Shown here: piece after piece, positions 51,478 through 61,634 of the stretch
Layout: every line of letters begins with the position of its first letter
How positions within the stretch are numbered: position 1 is the stretch's first letter
Assembly: GCA_019428855.1 (NCBI GenBank)
Contig: JAHYJV010000002.1
Location: 1,917-65,916 of the forward strand
Direction: 5' to 3'
Source: Patescibacteria group bacterium
GTDB lineage: Bacteria; Patescibacteriota; Minisyncoccia; JAHIHE01; JAGLIN01
DNA: 64,000 bases
Translations under genes and position numbers: made by a program
The notes under the pieces: model-generated
Database searches by the model: none
Told to the model about the DNA's origin: nothing
The model's input: the letters and a program-made list of their open reading frames with translations, nothing else

Positions 51478-52722
51478 TTATGGTAGAAAAGTTTTGAATA
51501 CACTTCTTATTTTCTGTAAAATATCCTTGATTTGTGGTAATTTTATACCGCCACTATCTTGAGAAAAAAATCCATTTTCATCAGTTTCCCACAACAAAAG
51601 TCCAATCACGGTCGCAAACGATGGATCATCCACTTTGTCAATTATACCATTTAGTTCAGATGGAATTCCAATTTGTGCTGGTAGACGCAATTTTTCTTTA
51701 GCCATGGAAACCATACCCTGCATTTTTGCACCACCGCCAGTTAGAACTACACCAGCTGGAAGCATTCCACTTTTGTCGATTTTCTTAAGCTCTTTATTAA
51801 CCAGAAAAAATATTTCCTCAACCCTAGCTTCAATAATTTCTGCTAAATATTTTCTAGTAAAAATTCCTTCTTCACTTGAATCAATCTTTGAAATGTCAAT
51901 CTTATCTTTTTTGGCAATTTCCTTGGAACTTACAGTTCCATATTCGAGTTTAATTTTTTCAGCCACATCAATTGATGTTCGCAGTCCAATAGCAATATCA
52001 TTGGTAATATGACCAGATCCAATAGGTATAACTGTTGAGTGTAATATATTCCCATCTTCGTATACAGATATTCCCGTAGTTCCTTTACCAATATCAATTA
52101 TCACAACACCAAGTTCTTTTTGTCTTTTTGTCAGAACTGCCTTTGCTGCTGCAAGTGGTGCAAAAATTAAATCATCGATATCAATCCCCGCTCTTTGTAC
52201 ACACTTTGAAAGATTCTTAATGAAAGGAGCCATGCCTTCAATTACAAGAGAACTAACCTCAAGCCTTACCCCATTCATACCGATAGGATCCTTAATTTGA
52301 TCCTGACCATCTATTGTATAATTACAGGGTATTACTGCGATAATCTCTTTATTATTAGGCATTGAAATCGCTTGTGATGCGTTTATAACCCTAGTAACAT
52401 CCTCTTCGCTAATTTCGCCATCAGCCCTTGAAACAGCAACAACGCCTTTTGATGGCTGGGTGCATAAGTGACTTCCATTAATACTTATAAAAGCATGCTC
52501 AACTGGAACACCGGAGGTTTGTTCCGCGAGCTCCTTTGATTTATTTATGGCCGAAATTGTTTCATCAATATCAACTATAACTCCATTGTTAAGTCCAAAA
52601 GATGGAGCAATCCCAACACCTAAAATTAACGGTTTTGATTCATTCCCTTGTTTTTGAGAAATTACAGTTCTCACAAAACTGCTTCCAATGTCAATACCAA
52701 CTAATATATTATTTCGTGACAT
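51478..52722 (-). CDS. ftsA: cell division protein FtsA
   Basis: 414 aa actin-fold protein. 'GIDIGSS', 'DIGKGTT' and 'VLTGGGA'. Upstream of ftsZ. Confidence 0.93.
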   Translation of the reverse strand: MSRNNILVGIDIGSSFVRTVISQKQGNESKPLILGVGIAPSFGLNNGVIVDIDETISAINKSKELAEQTSGVPVEHAFISINGSHLCTQPSKGVVAVSRADGEISEEDVTRVINASQAISMPNNKEIIAVIPCNYTIDGQDQIKDPIGMNGVRLEVSSLVIEGMAPFIKNLSKCVQRAGIDIDDLIFAPLAAAKAVLTKRQKELGVVIIDIGKGTTGISVYEDGNILHSTVIPIGSGHITNDIAIGLRTSIDVAEKIKLEYGTVSSKEIAKKDKIDISKIDSSEEGIFTRKYLAEIIEARVEEIFFLVNKELKKIDKSGMLPAGVVLTGGGAKMQGMVSMAKEKLRLPAQIGIPSELNGIIDKVDDPSFATVIGLLLWETDENGFFSQDSGGIKLPQIKDILQKIRSVFKTFLP

Positions 52723-52834
52723 AAGTTTTTATTAAATCAAAATTATTATTTGTTTTTTATTTTCAATTATAGAAGAAAATCAATATACATTATTATAACA
52801 CTATTTTTAAAATATAAGAAATGTATTAAATTTC

Positions 52835-53206
52835 CTACATGAAATATATTAATATATGTGGCCATAGAATTAGGAAACCAACTAAAAAAGCCCCAAATGA
52901 AGCTATTAATACAGCTGCAGCCATCATATCCTTGATTGTTTTGGCATACGGATGAACTCTTGGTTTGAGTATATCCACAATACGCTCAAAAATTGAATTT
53001 ATAATCTCTAGAACAAGCACCAAGGTAACCATCATTAACAAGGCGACCGTTTCCCAAACTTTAAGTCTGAATATTAATATAAGTATAATTATACAGAAAG
53101 TTGAAAATATTTGAATTCGAAAATTTTGCTCTCTGGAAACAAATTTTAATCCTCTAATTGCATGAGAAATACTTTTTGTCAATTTTTTAAAACTAAATGA
53201 CATCAT
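52835..53206 (-). CDS. dgkA: diacylglycerol/undecaprenol kinase family protein
   Basis: 123 aa, 3 TM helices. 'ISHAIRGL', 'EQNFRIQ', 'LEIINSIFE' and 'KDMMAAAVL'. Confidence 0.85.
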   Translation of the reverse strand: MMSFSFKKLTKSISHAIRGLKFVSREQNFRIQIFSTFCIIILILIFRLKVWETVALLMMVTLVLVLEIINSIFERIVDILKPRVHPYAKTIKDMMAAAVLIASFGAFLVGFLILWPHILIYFM

Positions 53207-53216
53207 TATATATGAT

Positions 53217-53663
53217 TTATAATTTCTTTAAAACATCAATTTCGATTTCTTTCATCACTGAATTCTCATAGCTCTCCAAATGATCAAATCCAGCTAGATG
53301 TAATATACCATGAATCAACAAAATTGAAAACTCTTTTTTAGTTGAATGCTTTTTTTCTCTAGCTTGTTTTTGGATTTTTGGATAGCAAATAAAAATTTCT
53401 CCAAAAGAAATGACATTATTAGAAGGAAACACGAATTTCACACTGTTATCAGTGTCTTCATTCCCGAATGACAAGACATCTGTTACTTTGTCTATCTTGC
53501 GGTATTTTTTATTTAAAGTTCGTATCCTTTTTTCTCCCGAAATTACTAAACTAATTTCAACAGTTTTTTTTAGTTTAAGTGTTTTTAAAGTTTCTTGAGC
53601 AACTTTATCTAAAAATTTTTTTTCAATTCTATTTTTTGTAAAGTTTTTAATTTGTAATGACAT
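53217..53663 (-). CDS. ybeY: rRNA maturation endoribonuclease YbeY
   Basis: 148 aa. 'TDVLSF' and 'HGILHLAGFDH' zinc motif. Confidence 0.92.
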   Translation of the reverse strand: MSLQIKNFTKNRIEKKFLDKVAQETLKTLKLKKTVEISLVISGEKRIRTLNKKYRKIDKVTDVLSFGNEDTDNSVKFVFPSNNVISFGEIFICYPKIQKQAREKKHSTKKEFSILLIHGILHLAGFDHLESYENSVMKEIEIDVLKKL

Positions 53664-54186
53664 ATTAAATATTTTAAATAAAACAAATTCAACCGCACGA
53701 CAAAACCATTTAACCTGTCACGAACAATAATATTTCAATAAGTTTTTCAATATTTAAAGACTCTCGTAAAAAATTACTCTTAGAAAAATAGCAACCACAA
53801 TAGTACCACCTTCGACCATTGTTATTCCTCTAGAGATTGGAACATTCTTTAAACACATTAATAAATATAATCTATACTTCTCATCAACAATTCCGCAAAA
53901 ATGAAAGAGAAATTTTATTTCTTAATGTTATGATATTTTGACCAATTAATTAAAAAAAAGTAGAAATCATAGCTACTAAAAAAGGCTGTTCCAGAAATAA
54001 ATATCAGAGCAATAGTCAAACTTAATCTCTCATTAGAAATCTAAATAAAATAACTACAAAAAACAAAACTGAATAGAGCTAAAAAAGAAATACAATATGG
54101 ACGCTTATAAATTAAATAAATTTAGCATAAGAATGTATTGCACAATACACGCTAATTAATATAATAATAAAGAGAACAAAATAAAT

Positions 54187-54633
54187 CTATTTATTCAACA
54201 ATTCTTTCACAAGTTTACTAACTAAATTACCATCAGCCATTCCTTTCGTTTCTCTCATCGCTAACCCAATAATTTTTCCAAAATCTGAAGCGTTAGCATC
54301 TCCAAAATTTTCTATTATTTCTTTGATTATATTTCTAGTCTCGTCTTCAGTCATCTGTTTCGGCATATATTTCTGCAAAATAGCAAGTTCGTTATTCTCC
54401 TTATCAGCTAAATCTTTTCTACCACCCTTTAAATATTGATCGATTGAATCTTTTCTTCTTTTGACATTTTTTTTAATAATCAAAATGATTTCTTCATCGG
54501 TAGATTTCTTCCTCTGCTCAATTTCAGCATTTTTTATATCAGAAACAAGCATTCTCAAAACATCGCGGACATCCTTGTTTCCTTTTTTAATCGCAATTTT
54601 TAAATCGTTTTTTATAGTTATTTCTGTATTCAT
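54187..54633 (-). CDS. GatB/YqeY-domain protein
   Basis: 148 aa. 'LKIAIKKGNKDVRDVLRML...KNAEIE', 'AILQKYMP' and 'GKIIGLAMRETKGMADG'. Confidence 0.85.
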   Translation of the reverse strand: MNTEITIKNDLKIAIKKGNKDVRDVLRMLVSDIKNAEIEQRKKSTDEEIILIIKKNVKRRKDSIDQYLKGGRKDLADKENNELAILQKYMPKQMTEDETRNIIKEIIENFGDANASDFGKIIGLAMRETKGMADGNLVSKLVKELLNK

Positions 54634-54803
54634 ATTTTAATTAAATAATCAGGCAATTTTATCTATAAAAGAAAGCTCTGATAGACTTATAAAATTACGC
54701 TTTTTATAATGTATTCTAAGAGTTAAATGCCAGATTTCTTGCATAATTTATACACAATATAGCAAAGCAAGAAAATTAAGAAAACTCTGTTTAGAAGAGA
54801 CTC

Positions 54804-55034
54804 TTATGATCGATAATCATCTTCAAGCAGTCCGAGTTTTCGAAGTTTTTCTCTTTCTTTGACCATCTCTTTTCTTCGCAAAGCACTTTTTCTTCTCTCA
54901 GTTTTGCTCTGATTTTTTTCTTGAAACCTTGAATTTCTCGCTTGAAAAAGCACGCCACTTTGTTGTACTTTTTTTGAAAAACGTCTTAAAAAACTGCCTA
55001 TACTTTCATTGTCTTTTTTTTTAATTTCAATCAT
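54804..55034 (-). CDS. rpsU: 30S ribosomal protein S21
   Basis: 76 aa, basic. 'ESIGSFLRRFSKKVQQSGVL' and 'RRKSALRRK'. Confidence 0.9.
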   Translation of the reverse strand: MIEIKKKDNESIGSFLRRFSKKVQQSGVLFQARNSRFQEKNQSKTERRKSALRRKEMVKEREKLRKLGLLEDDYRS

Positions 55035-55146
55035 TATTTTTCACTCTCGCTTTCTATTTAATATATTAATTATAAAACTAACTGGACCCAGTATAACATA
55101 TAACTACATTTTTGCAAGACCCTGTACCAAAGATTGCTTTTATTTT

Positions 55147-55476
55147 TTATTTAGGTGCTTTACCACCCAATAAATGTAAATGGATATGTTGTACTTCCTG
55201 TCCACCTTCTTTTCCAACTCGAAAAAGAAGCTTATATCCTTTTTTTGCTATGTCATTTCTTTCTGCTATTATCTTGGCAGTAAAAATCAATTTACCCATC
55301 AGCAGAGTATCATCTTCAGAAATATCTGTAACTGATTTAATATGAGTTTTAGGAATAATCAATATGTGAATTAGTGCAATTGGTCTAATATCAGAAAATG
55401 CAATTATTTTATCATCCTCGTAAAAAATTTCAGCAGGAATATTTTTTTTTACAATTTGACAAAATATACATTCCAT
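55147..55476 (-). CDS. HIT-family (histidine triad) nucleotide hydrolase
   Basis: 109 aa. 'CIFCQIV' and the triad 'QHIHLHLLGG'. Confidence 0.92.
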   Translation of the reverse strand: MECIFCQIVKKNIPAEIFYEDDKIIAFSDIRPIALIHILIIPKTHIKSVTDISEDDTLLMGKLIFTAKIIAERNDIAKKGYKLLFRVGKEGGQEVQHIHLHLLGGKAPK

Positions 55477-55486
55477 AATACTGAAA

Positions 55487-56812
55487 TTAATTTCTTAATC
55501 TTTTTTGTACCTCTTCAACAATATCTTGTAGCGTAACCACTTCCTGCATTCCACTCTCCATATCTCGGATAATCACAGTATCATCAAGTGCCTCTTTTTG
55601 CCCGACAATTAAGGCCAGCTTAGAATTAGTTTTATTTGCTAATCGAAGTTGAGATTTTATACTTCCTCTGCCAAGTGACTCACCAACTGCAATATCACAG
55701 TCAATCAACTTATCAAATATTCTAAGAATTTTTTTCCGAGCCAGATTTCCAAGTTGCACTAAAAATACATCTTTTTTAATTCTTTTATTGATCTTAATTC
55801 CTTTTCTTTGAATACTTTCCACAACTCTTTCTATGCCAAAGGAAAATCCGATTGCTGGTGCATCTTCGCCACCCATTAATTTAATCATATTATCGTATCT
55901 TCCTCCACCTCCAAGAGAATTTTGGTTTCCTTCACTATCACATTCCCAAATTTCAAAAACAGTCTGCGTATAATAATCAAGACCACGAACAAGGTTTGAA
56001 TTCAATACATATGGTATTTCTAATTCATCTAAAAATTCAAGAACATTCTTAAAGTGATCGTGGCAAGGCTCACAGAGATGATCAATAATCTGTGGTGCTG
56101 AAAATGAAACCTGCGTACATTTTTCCTCTTTGCAATCCAAAAGTCGAAGTGGATTTTCGTCTAGTCTTCTTTTGCAATCATGACATAATTTATTGATTTT
56201 CATTTCATAATAATCTACTAGCATTTTTTTATATGCTAATCGACATTCACTACATCCAATACTGTTCAGTTGGATTATCGTATCATTGATTTCAGATTTT
56301 TGTAATATTTTCCATGCTAAATATATTACTTGTGCATCAATTGCTGGACAATTGTCTCCTATAATTTCAAAACCAAACTGATAGAATTGTCTATATCGTC
56401 CTGCCTGAGGCTTCTCATATCTAAACATTGGTCCTTCGTAAAACAGTTTTACGGGCTGAGGCCACTTACTCATTCCGTTTTCAACATAAGCTCTAACAAC
56501 ACCTGCCGTTCCCTCTGGTCTCATTGAAACATCGTCACCTCCCTTAGTCTCAAAAGAAAACATTTCTTTTTCAACTATATCTGTAATATTTCCGACTCCC
56601 CGTTGAAATAATTCTGTTTTCTCTAAAATTGGCGTAGAAATTCGACCAAATCCCAATTCAGTACATAATTTTCGAGCATGATCTAGCACATAATCCCAGA
56701 CTAATTGGTCTGTCGGCAAAATGTCATTCATGCCTTTAATTGCTTGAATCTGCTTTAATCTTTTTTTAGGCTTTCTTACTTCGTTCTTAGTTTCTTTTTT
56801 AACCCTTGTCAT
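55487..56812 (-). CDS. hisS: histidyl-tRNA synthetase
   Basis: 441 aa. 'GMNDILP', 'LRPEGTAGVVR', 'GPMFRYEKPQAGRYRQFYQ', 'GGGRYDN' and 'GFSFGIER'. Basic N-terminal extension of about 25 aa. Confidence 0.95.
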   Translation of the reverse strand: MTRVKKETKNEVRKPKKRLKQIQAIKGMNDILPTDQLVWDYVLDHARKLCTELGFGRISTPILEKTELFQRGVGNITDIVEKEMFSFETKGGDDVSMRPEGTAGVVRAYVENGMSKWPQPVKLFYEGPMFRYEKPQAGRYRQFYQFGFEIIGDNCPAIDAQVIYLAWKILQKSEINDTIIQLNSIGCSECRLAYKKMLVDYYEMKINKLCHDCKRRLDENPLRLLDCKEEKCTQVSFSAPQIIDHLCEPCHDHFKNVLEFLDELEIPYVLNSNLVRGLDYYTQTVFEIWECDSEGNQNSLGGGGRYDNMIKLMGGEDAPAIGFSFGIERVVESIQRKGIKINKRIKKDVFLVQLGNLARKKILRIFDKLIDCDIAVGESLGRGSIKSQLRLANKTNSKLALIVGQKEALDDTVIIRDMESGMQEVVTLQDIVEEVQKRLRN

Positions 56813-56843
56813 ATGTACAAAAAATTACTATTTAATATCCTCT

Positions 56844-57377
56844 TTAGATAAATATATTTTGTGTAAATTGATCTATTTGTGCTATTTTTTCATTATCATT
56901 CTCAATATCTCGAGACCCCTTTGCGATTAAGCTCATATCTCCAGAAAGATTTAGACCAAATTCACCCCCAATATGTTCTAGATATCCTGTCACACTATAG
57001 TTTACCGATTTTAATTCCTCTCCAATGGCTACTGTATACAATTTTTTACCGCTTAATTTCTTATCACTAAAAAGCGGGAGAAGTCTGTCAATAAAATTTT
57101 TCATCAACCCTGTCACATTATCAAAATAAGTCGGACTTCCGAAAATTATCGTATCGCAATCATCTAATTTTGAATATATCATTTGCATATCATCTCTAAC
57201 ATTACAACTTTTGGTTAACTCACAAGTTAAACAACCATTACAATATTCGATTCTTTTGTCTTTCAAAAGTATCAAATCCGTAGCTAAACCGTGTTTTTCA
57301 GCCTCAGTTAAGATTCTTTTTAGCACGAATTCTGTATTCCCAGTTCTTGCACTTCCACAAATTGCAATTATTTTCAT
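56844..57377 (-). CDS. NADPH-dependent FMN reductase / iron-sulfur flavoprotein-like
   Basis: 177 aa. 'KIIAICGSARTGNT', Cys cluster 'CNGCLTCELTKSC' and 'IIFGSPTYF'. Confidence 0.8.
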   Translation of the reverse strand: MKIIAICGSARTGNTEFVLKRILTEAEKHGLATDLILLKDKRIEYCNGCLTCELTKSCNVRDDMQMIYSKLDDCDTIIFGSPTYFDNVTGLMKNFIDRLLPLFSDKKLSGKKLYTVAIGEELKSVNYSVTGYLEHIGGEFGLNLSGDMSLIAKGSRDIENDNEKIAQIDQFTQNIFI

Positions 57378-57391
57378 ATTAACCTTCTTAA

Positions 57392-57988
57392 TTAATAATC
57401 TATACCTGCAAAAACTGAAAAATTATCAAAAGGCCAAGCCCGTATCCAAGCACGGCCAACTATATAATGTTTCTCTAGCACCCCCCAAATTCTTGAATCA
57501 GCACTGGCTGTTCGATTGTCTCCTAGAACATAATATTCATCATTTTTAAGCTCTCTGGTATATGTACCTGTTGTAATCGTTGTTTCAGGGATATATAGTT
57601 GTTCAGATATTTCAAATCCCTCTGGATTATTAACATTATAAATCTTGATTTTGTTTTCAAAAATTTCAACTTTTTCACCCGGTAAACCAATTATTCTTTT
57701 TATATAATATTCTTTAAAATTATTTGGATAGTGAAAAACAATTACATCCCCGCGAGAAGGCTCACCAAGACGATAGCTAATTTCATCCACTATTAAATAA
57801 TCTCCATCACGAAAATTTGGTTCCATGCTTTTCCCACTTACAAAAAAAGGCTGCATTATATATGTTCTAATTCCAATAATAACTATCAAACTTAAAATGA
57901 CAATTTTAATACTTTCAATTGAAAAATCTTTTAGCTCAAAAAAGAATGACCTCTGCTTATTAATCTTTTGAGTATTATTACTGTTCAT
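57392..57988 (-). CDS. lepB: signal peptidase I
   Basis: 198 aa. TM helix, 'SGKSMEPNF' (catalytic Ser), 'GDVIVF', 'IKRIIGLPGE' (catalytic Lys) and 'VLGDNRTASADSR'. Confidence 0.93.
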   Translation of the reverse strand: MNSNNTQKINKQRSFFFELKDFSIESIKIVILSLIVIIGIRTYIMQPFFVSGKSMEPNFRDGDYLIVDEISYRLGEPSRGDVIVFHYPNNFKEYYIKRIIGLPGEKVEIFENKIKIYNVNNPEGFEISEQLYIPETTITTGTYTRELKNDEYYVLGDNRTASADSRIWGVLEKHYIVGRAWIRAWPFDNFSVFAGIDY

Positions 57989-58030
57989 TTTTTATTATAT
58001 TTACAAATAAATTTAACTAAGCATATTTTC

Positions 58031-58059
58031 AGAATACAACTTTTTTAACAACTAGTCAA
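58031..58059 (-). promoter_or_regulatory. lepB operon promoter (TTGACT-17-TATTCT)
   Basis: Reverse complement of agtcaa (58054-58059) and agaata (58031-58036), with an exact 17-nt spacer. It lies 43 nt upstream of the lepB ATG. Confidence 0.55.
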
Positions 58060-58067
58060 ACAAGACA

Positions 58068-58118
58068 GGCTCTACACTAATTAGTGTGGTGGATAACTAA
58101 TAAAGTGGTAAAATTATA
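58068..58118 (-). repeat. promoter-proximal conserved module, copy E
   Basis: ggctctacactaattagtgtggtggataactaataaagtggtaaaattata. Contains the perfect 14-bp palindrome ACACTAATTAGTGT. Starts 8 nt from the -35 hexamer. Confidence 0.9.
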
Positions 58119-58160
58119 TTGATAAATTATTTTTGAATTACGAAATTCAAAATACTTATC

Positions 58161-58259
58161 ACCCTGAGCCTCCCAACTTGTTACCCTGAGCTTATCGAAG
58201 GGTTGAAGTCTCACCATAATATAATCAATCATATGACAATGGTTCGATAAGCTCACCAT
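58161..58259. repeat. REP-like GC-rich repeat cluster
   Basis: 12-bp perfect inverted repeat gagcttatcgaa (58188-58199) / ttcgataagctc (58243-58254). Direct 8-mers accctgag (58161, 58183) and ctcaccat (58210, 58252). Confidence 0.8.
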
Positions 58260-58769
58260 GACAAATTTATTAAAGTGAAATTCACAACAACCCCTGCCCC
58301 TTCTTACTTAAAAATGGAATTATTTGGAACTGACACTAATTTGTTATAAAAAAAGAAACACAATGCTTACTCCATACTCCTGTGTAAAGTATTTTGTAAT
58401 TTTTAACAAACTTTATCGTTTCACACAAGGCTCTACAGGGCTACCGCTACAATGGAGCCAGCTTCGAATACAAAATGCCAGGCATCAAATCATTTTGGCA
58501 AAGATCCTAAAATAGGAATTATCGCTATAAGCAACAATTTAATATAATCCGAATATATAGTCAAAATAACTGTACAAAAATTACTTTTTTTATATATTTG
58601 AATTAAGAAATTGCTAATATTACATATTTAACTTTTCCCTTCGGTGTTTCAACATCAACATTTTCATTTCACGTTTCCTTCTTCAATAAATCAATTTTGT
58701 TTCCGTATATAATTGTTTATATATCATTTAGTGTTCTTGCTACGCCAAGTCAAAGTTGTCAACTCCGAT

Positions 58770-58800
58770 AATAAAAAGACACGAATAAATCCGTGTCTTA
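58770..58800 (-). terminator. terminator after tRNA-Lys
   Basis: Minus strand reads AAGACACG-GATTTATT-CGTGTCTT followed by TTTAT. It starts 8 nt after the tRNA 3' end. Confidence 0.7.
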
Positions 58801-58807
58801 CTTTTTG

Positions 58808-58880
58808 TGGGGCGTACAGGATTCGAACCTGTGACCATCAGCTTAAAAGGCTGTTGCTCTACCAACTGAGCTAACGCCCC
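58808..58880 (-). tRNA. tRNA-Lys (UUU)
   Basis: Reverse complement GGGGCGTTAGCTCAGTTGGTAGAGCAACAGCCTTTTAAGCTGATGGTCACAGGTTCGAATCCTGTACGCCCCA. 73 nt, with positions 34-36 = TTT. No encoded CCA. Confidence 0.95.
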
Positions 58881-58973
58881 CTGACTAGAATTTTTATTTA
58901 CATAATACCTTTCCTTTATATCACACTTTTTATTTCAAGGCAAGCCCTAAATTATATTATAAATTAGAAAATC

Positions 58974-59018
58974 TAAAAAAACAAACAACCAGAGTTTTTC
59001 ACAAAACTCTGCTTGTTT
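58974..59018 (-). terminator. terminator after the SPFH gene
   Basis: Long stem 58983-58998 / 59003-59018 with one mismatch, followed on the minus strand by a T7 run (A-run at 58975-58981 on plus). Confidence 0.7.
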
Positions 59019-59039
59019 TTTGTCTAAAACTTTCAAAAA

Positions 59040-59789
59040 TTATTTTGCTCTATTTTCAAAAGCCCTAAGAATTTCAAGAGGTACAGCGAAAATAACTGTG
59101 TTTGATTGATCAGAACTAAGGTCATTTAAAGATTGCAAAGTTCGAAGATGAAGTGCTCCTGGAGCAGAGGCTAGTATAGTCGCTGCTTTTGACATATTAT
59201 CAGCAGAAACTACTTCTCCTTCAGCCTTGATAATGACGGCTCTTTTTTCTCGTTCTGCCTCGGCTTGCTTGGCAATCGTTCTTTTCATATTTTCTGGAAG
59301 TTCGATGTGTTTCAAATCAACGGAAACAATCTTAATCCCCCATGGATCAGTAGCCTTGTCCACAATCTCTTGAATTCGAAGTGAAATTTCATCTCGATTA
59401 GAGAGCAATTCATCAAGACTTACTTCTCCAACAACATCTCTCATGGTTGTTTGTGCAAGTTGTGAAACTGCATAATCAAAATATTCAACCTTCAAAATTG
59501 CAAACTCTGCGTTGGCAACTTTATAATAAAGAACCGCATTAACATTCAAAGAAACATTGTCTTTTGTGATTGCATCTTGATCAGGAACATCTACTGCCTT
59601 AACCCTAATGTCAACTTTTTGATAAGACTGCAAAACAGGAATCACAATTCTCCATCCCGGCTCCATTATCCCAATATATTTTCCAATTTGAAATTTGATT
59701 CCTCTTTCATATTCATTAATTTGTTTAATGCTAATTAAGAAAATAAAAATTACCGTAATAATTAAAAAAAATAAGATAATTCCAAACAT
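59040..59789 (-). CDS. SPFH/band-7 (stomatin/prohibitin-like) membrane protein
   Basis: 249 aa. N-terminal TM helix, 'EYERGIKFQIGKY', 'TKDNVSLNVNAVLYY' and 'AEAEREKRAVIIKAEGE'. Confidence 0.9.
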   Translation of the reverse strand: MFGIILFFLIITVIFIFLISIKQINEYERGIKFQIGKYIGIMEPGWRIVIPVLQSYQKVDIRVKAVDVPDQDAITKDNVSLNVNAVLYYKVANAEFAILKVEYFDYAVSQLAQTTMRDVVGEVSLDELLSNRDEISLRIQEIVDKATDPWGIKIVSVDLKHIELPENMKRTIAKQAEAEREKRAVIIKAEGEVVSADNMSKAATILASAPGALHLRTLQSLNDLSSDQSNTVIFAVPLEILRAFENRAK

Positions 59790-59876
59790 AGTTTTAAATT
59801 AAAATGAGTAAAAAAATTTCGACCTTTATTTATTATTATATTATATACAATAACGCTATTCTACACCCTAAAAAAA

Positions 59877-61496
59877 TCATTGAAATTTTAGCCTTGCTTC
59901 TCCAGGAATCAAAGGATCATAACCATTATTAACCTCATCCCCATCACTAAACCCATCTCCGTCAGAATCAGGATTATTTACATCAGTTCCATAAATTGAT
60001 TCCATATCATCGGTTAAACCATCATTATCAGAATCAACTGAAATCAAAAGGTTGTTCCTAAAACTTTCCATTAAAAATATTAGCAAATTTTCATAATTTT
60101 TCGGCTTTTCTATAATAACCTGCTGATTAAATTCAGATAGATTCAATTCCACATTCACATTAAAAAAGATTATTTTTTTTCTAAAATCTAAAGAAATGTC
60201 ATCAAAATCATCTTTAATTTCTTCTGTCCTTTTCTCTATATCCTTTATAAAATCCTCATCCATTTCCAAGTGAATATGTATTTTATAAACGAAATTATCA
60301 CTCTTTCCTATCCACAGCTCGGTTTCTATTTGTTTTGCAAAGTCTTCTATTATCTCTCTGTACTCAGGATTTTCTTCAAATCTAGCAATCTCCCCGTCAA
60401 AACTTTTTATTAAACCTCCTAAAAAACCTTCTTCTTGCATTAACAAATTCTCTTTCATAAGTTCAATATAAAAATCAATTAATGCATTGCTATCAACCTC
60501 AACGAGATAATGATAAGTGTTAATATCCCCTATTTTTTCATCTCCTAAATCACTTTTAAATTTAATGTAGCTATATTTTTCATTAATACTTTTGATATCA
60601 AATTTATTTTTTTCCGTACTATTTATAAAATCCAACAACTCTGGACTAATAATACTCATATCTTTGAAATCATTCATTCTTAATCCATACCACTTATTTT
60701 TTAGAGAGTCTAATTGAATTCCTGGGATTAATTCTAAGAGTTCAGAATTTATATCTTTCAAATTAATATATATCTCTGCCTCTTCGCTTTTACCAAAACT
60801 CATTATACCTAAATCGAGAAAAAAAGAGGTTTTTTCTAGTTTAATCTCAGATTCACTATCTATTTCAAAATTATAAGCAGCTTTTGGATAATTTTTATTC
60901 GCATTATCCACCTTTCCAGAAGCTGCTAATTTCATTAACATTACTGAATTAATTGCTTCTTTAGACTCAATACTACTCAATTTAGATTCAATTTTTACAG
61001 TGAAGCTATATGTTTCCAAATTTTTCATTGCTTCAAATGCGGACACTATATTTTGCTGATGAAAGACAATTTCAGCTGATTCAGATAAATTTTTATCTGC
61101 ATTTAAAACATAATAACACACACCACTAATAAGCACAACCAAAAAAATAAATAGAATAAGTATTATTCTATTTATCGATTTCTTGTTGTTAGTTTTTTTT
61201 GAACTATTTTTTTGAGAAAAAGGCATATTCAGTTCTTCATTGTTTTTTGCTTCGACATCTATATTATTTGAAATATGCCAAACCACATCATCACGACTAT
61301 CTAAAATTTTCCTCTTTATATCCTCTTTATCACTCTTCAGACTAGAAAAAAATTTTTTATTTTCAGTTAAATCATCGACACTTCTATCGATATGTTTAGA
61401 AATCGGAATATCATTTTTAATTTCATCTAATGGATTAATCTCCGGAACAAGAAAATCATCATTTGATTTTTTAATTGAATTTTCATCCTGCTTCAT
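59877..61496 (-). CDS. hypothetical membrane-anchored extracellular protein with C-terminal Asp-rich calcium-binding (TSP3-type) repeats
   Basis: 539 aa. TM helix at about aa 108-130 ('INRIILILFIFLVVLISGVCYYVL') and C-terminal 'DSDNDGLTDDMESIYGTDVNNPDSDGDGFSDGDEVNNGYDP'. Confidence 0.75.
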   Translation of the reverse strand: MKQDENSIKKSNDDFLVPEINPLDEIKNDIPISKHIDRSVDDLTENKKFFSSLKSDKEDIKRKILDSRDDVVWHISNNIDVEAKNNEELNMPFSQKNSSKKTNNKKSINRIILILFIFLVVLISGVCYYVLNADKNLSESAEIVFHQQNIVSAFEAMKNLETYSFTVKIESKLSSIESKEAINSVMLMKLAASGKVDNANKNYPKAAYNFEIDSESEIKLEKTSFFLDLGIMSFGKSEEAEIYINLKDINSELLELIPGIQLDSLKNKWYGLRMNDFKDMSIISPELLDFINSTEKNKFDIKSINEKYSYIKFKSDLGDEKIGDINTYHYLVEVDSNALIDFYIELMKENLLMQEEGFLGGLIKSFDGEIARFEENPEYREIIEDFAKQIETELWIGKSDNFVYKIHIHLEMDEDFIKDIEKRTEEIKDDFDDISLDFRKKIIFFNVNVELNLSEFNQQVIIEKPKNYENLLIFLMESFRNNLLISVDSDNDGLTDDMESIYGTDVNNPDSDGDGFSDGDEVNNGYDPLIPGEARLKFQ

Positions 61497-61634
61497 ATCT
61501 TTGAATATAAAAATTTTAATAAATAACTTAATTTATTTTAAATTACAATCATATTATATCACGAATAAAATAAAAAAAAATAATATTTTTTTAATAATCA
61601 CTTTTTAGTGACTAGCACTAAAAAATAATTATTT

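Noticed and set aside
53664-54186. 523-bp gap between the YqeY-domain gene and ybeY, examined for a hidden or decayed gene such as phoH.
   Set aside because: Only very short ORFs are present; the best is a 21-codon ATG ORF with a GAGGAA SD near 53800. No recognisable protein fragments or RNA motifs were found. Left unannotated.
58077-58259. Track ORF 58077..58259(-) ('MVSLSNH...FDKLRVT...').
   Set aside because: It is composed of the REP-like inverted and direct repeats and ends inside module copy E. This is the typical signature of a translated intergenic repeat.
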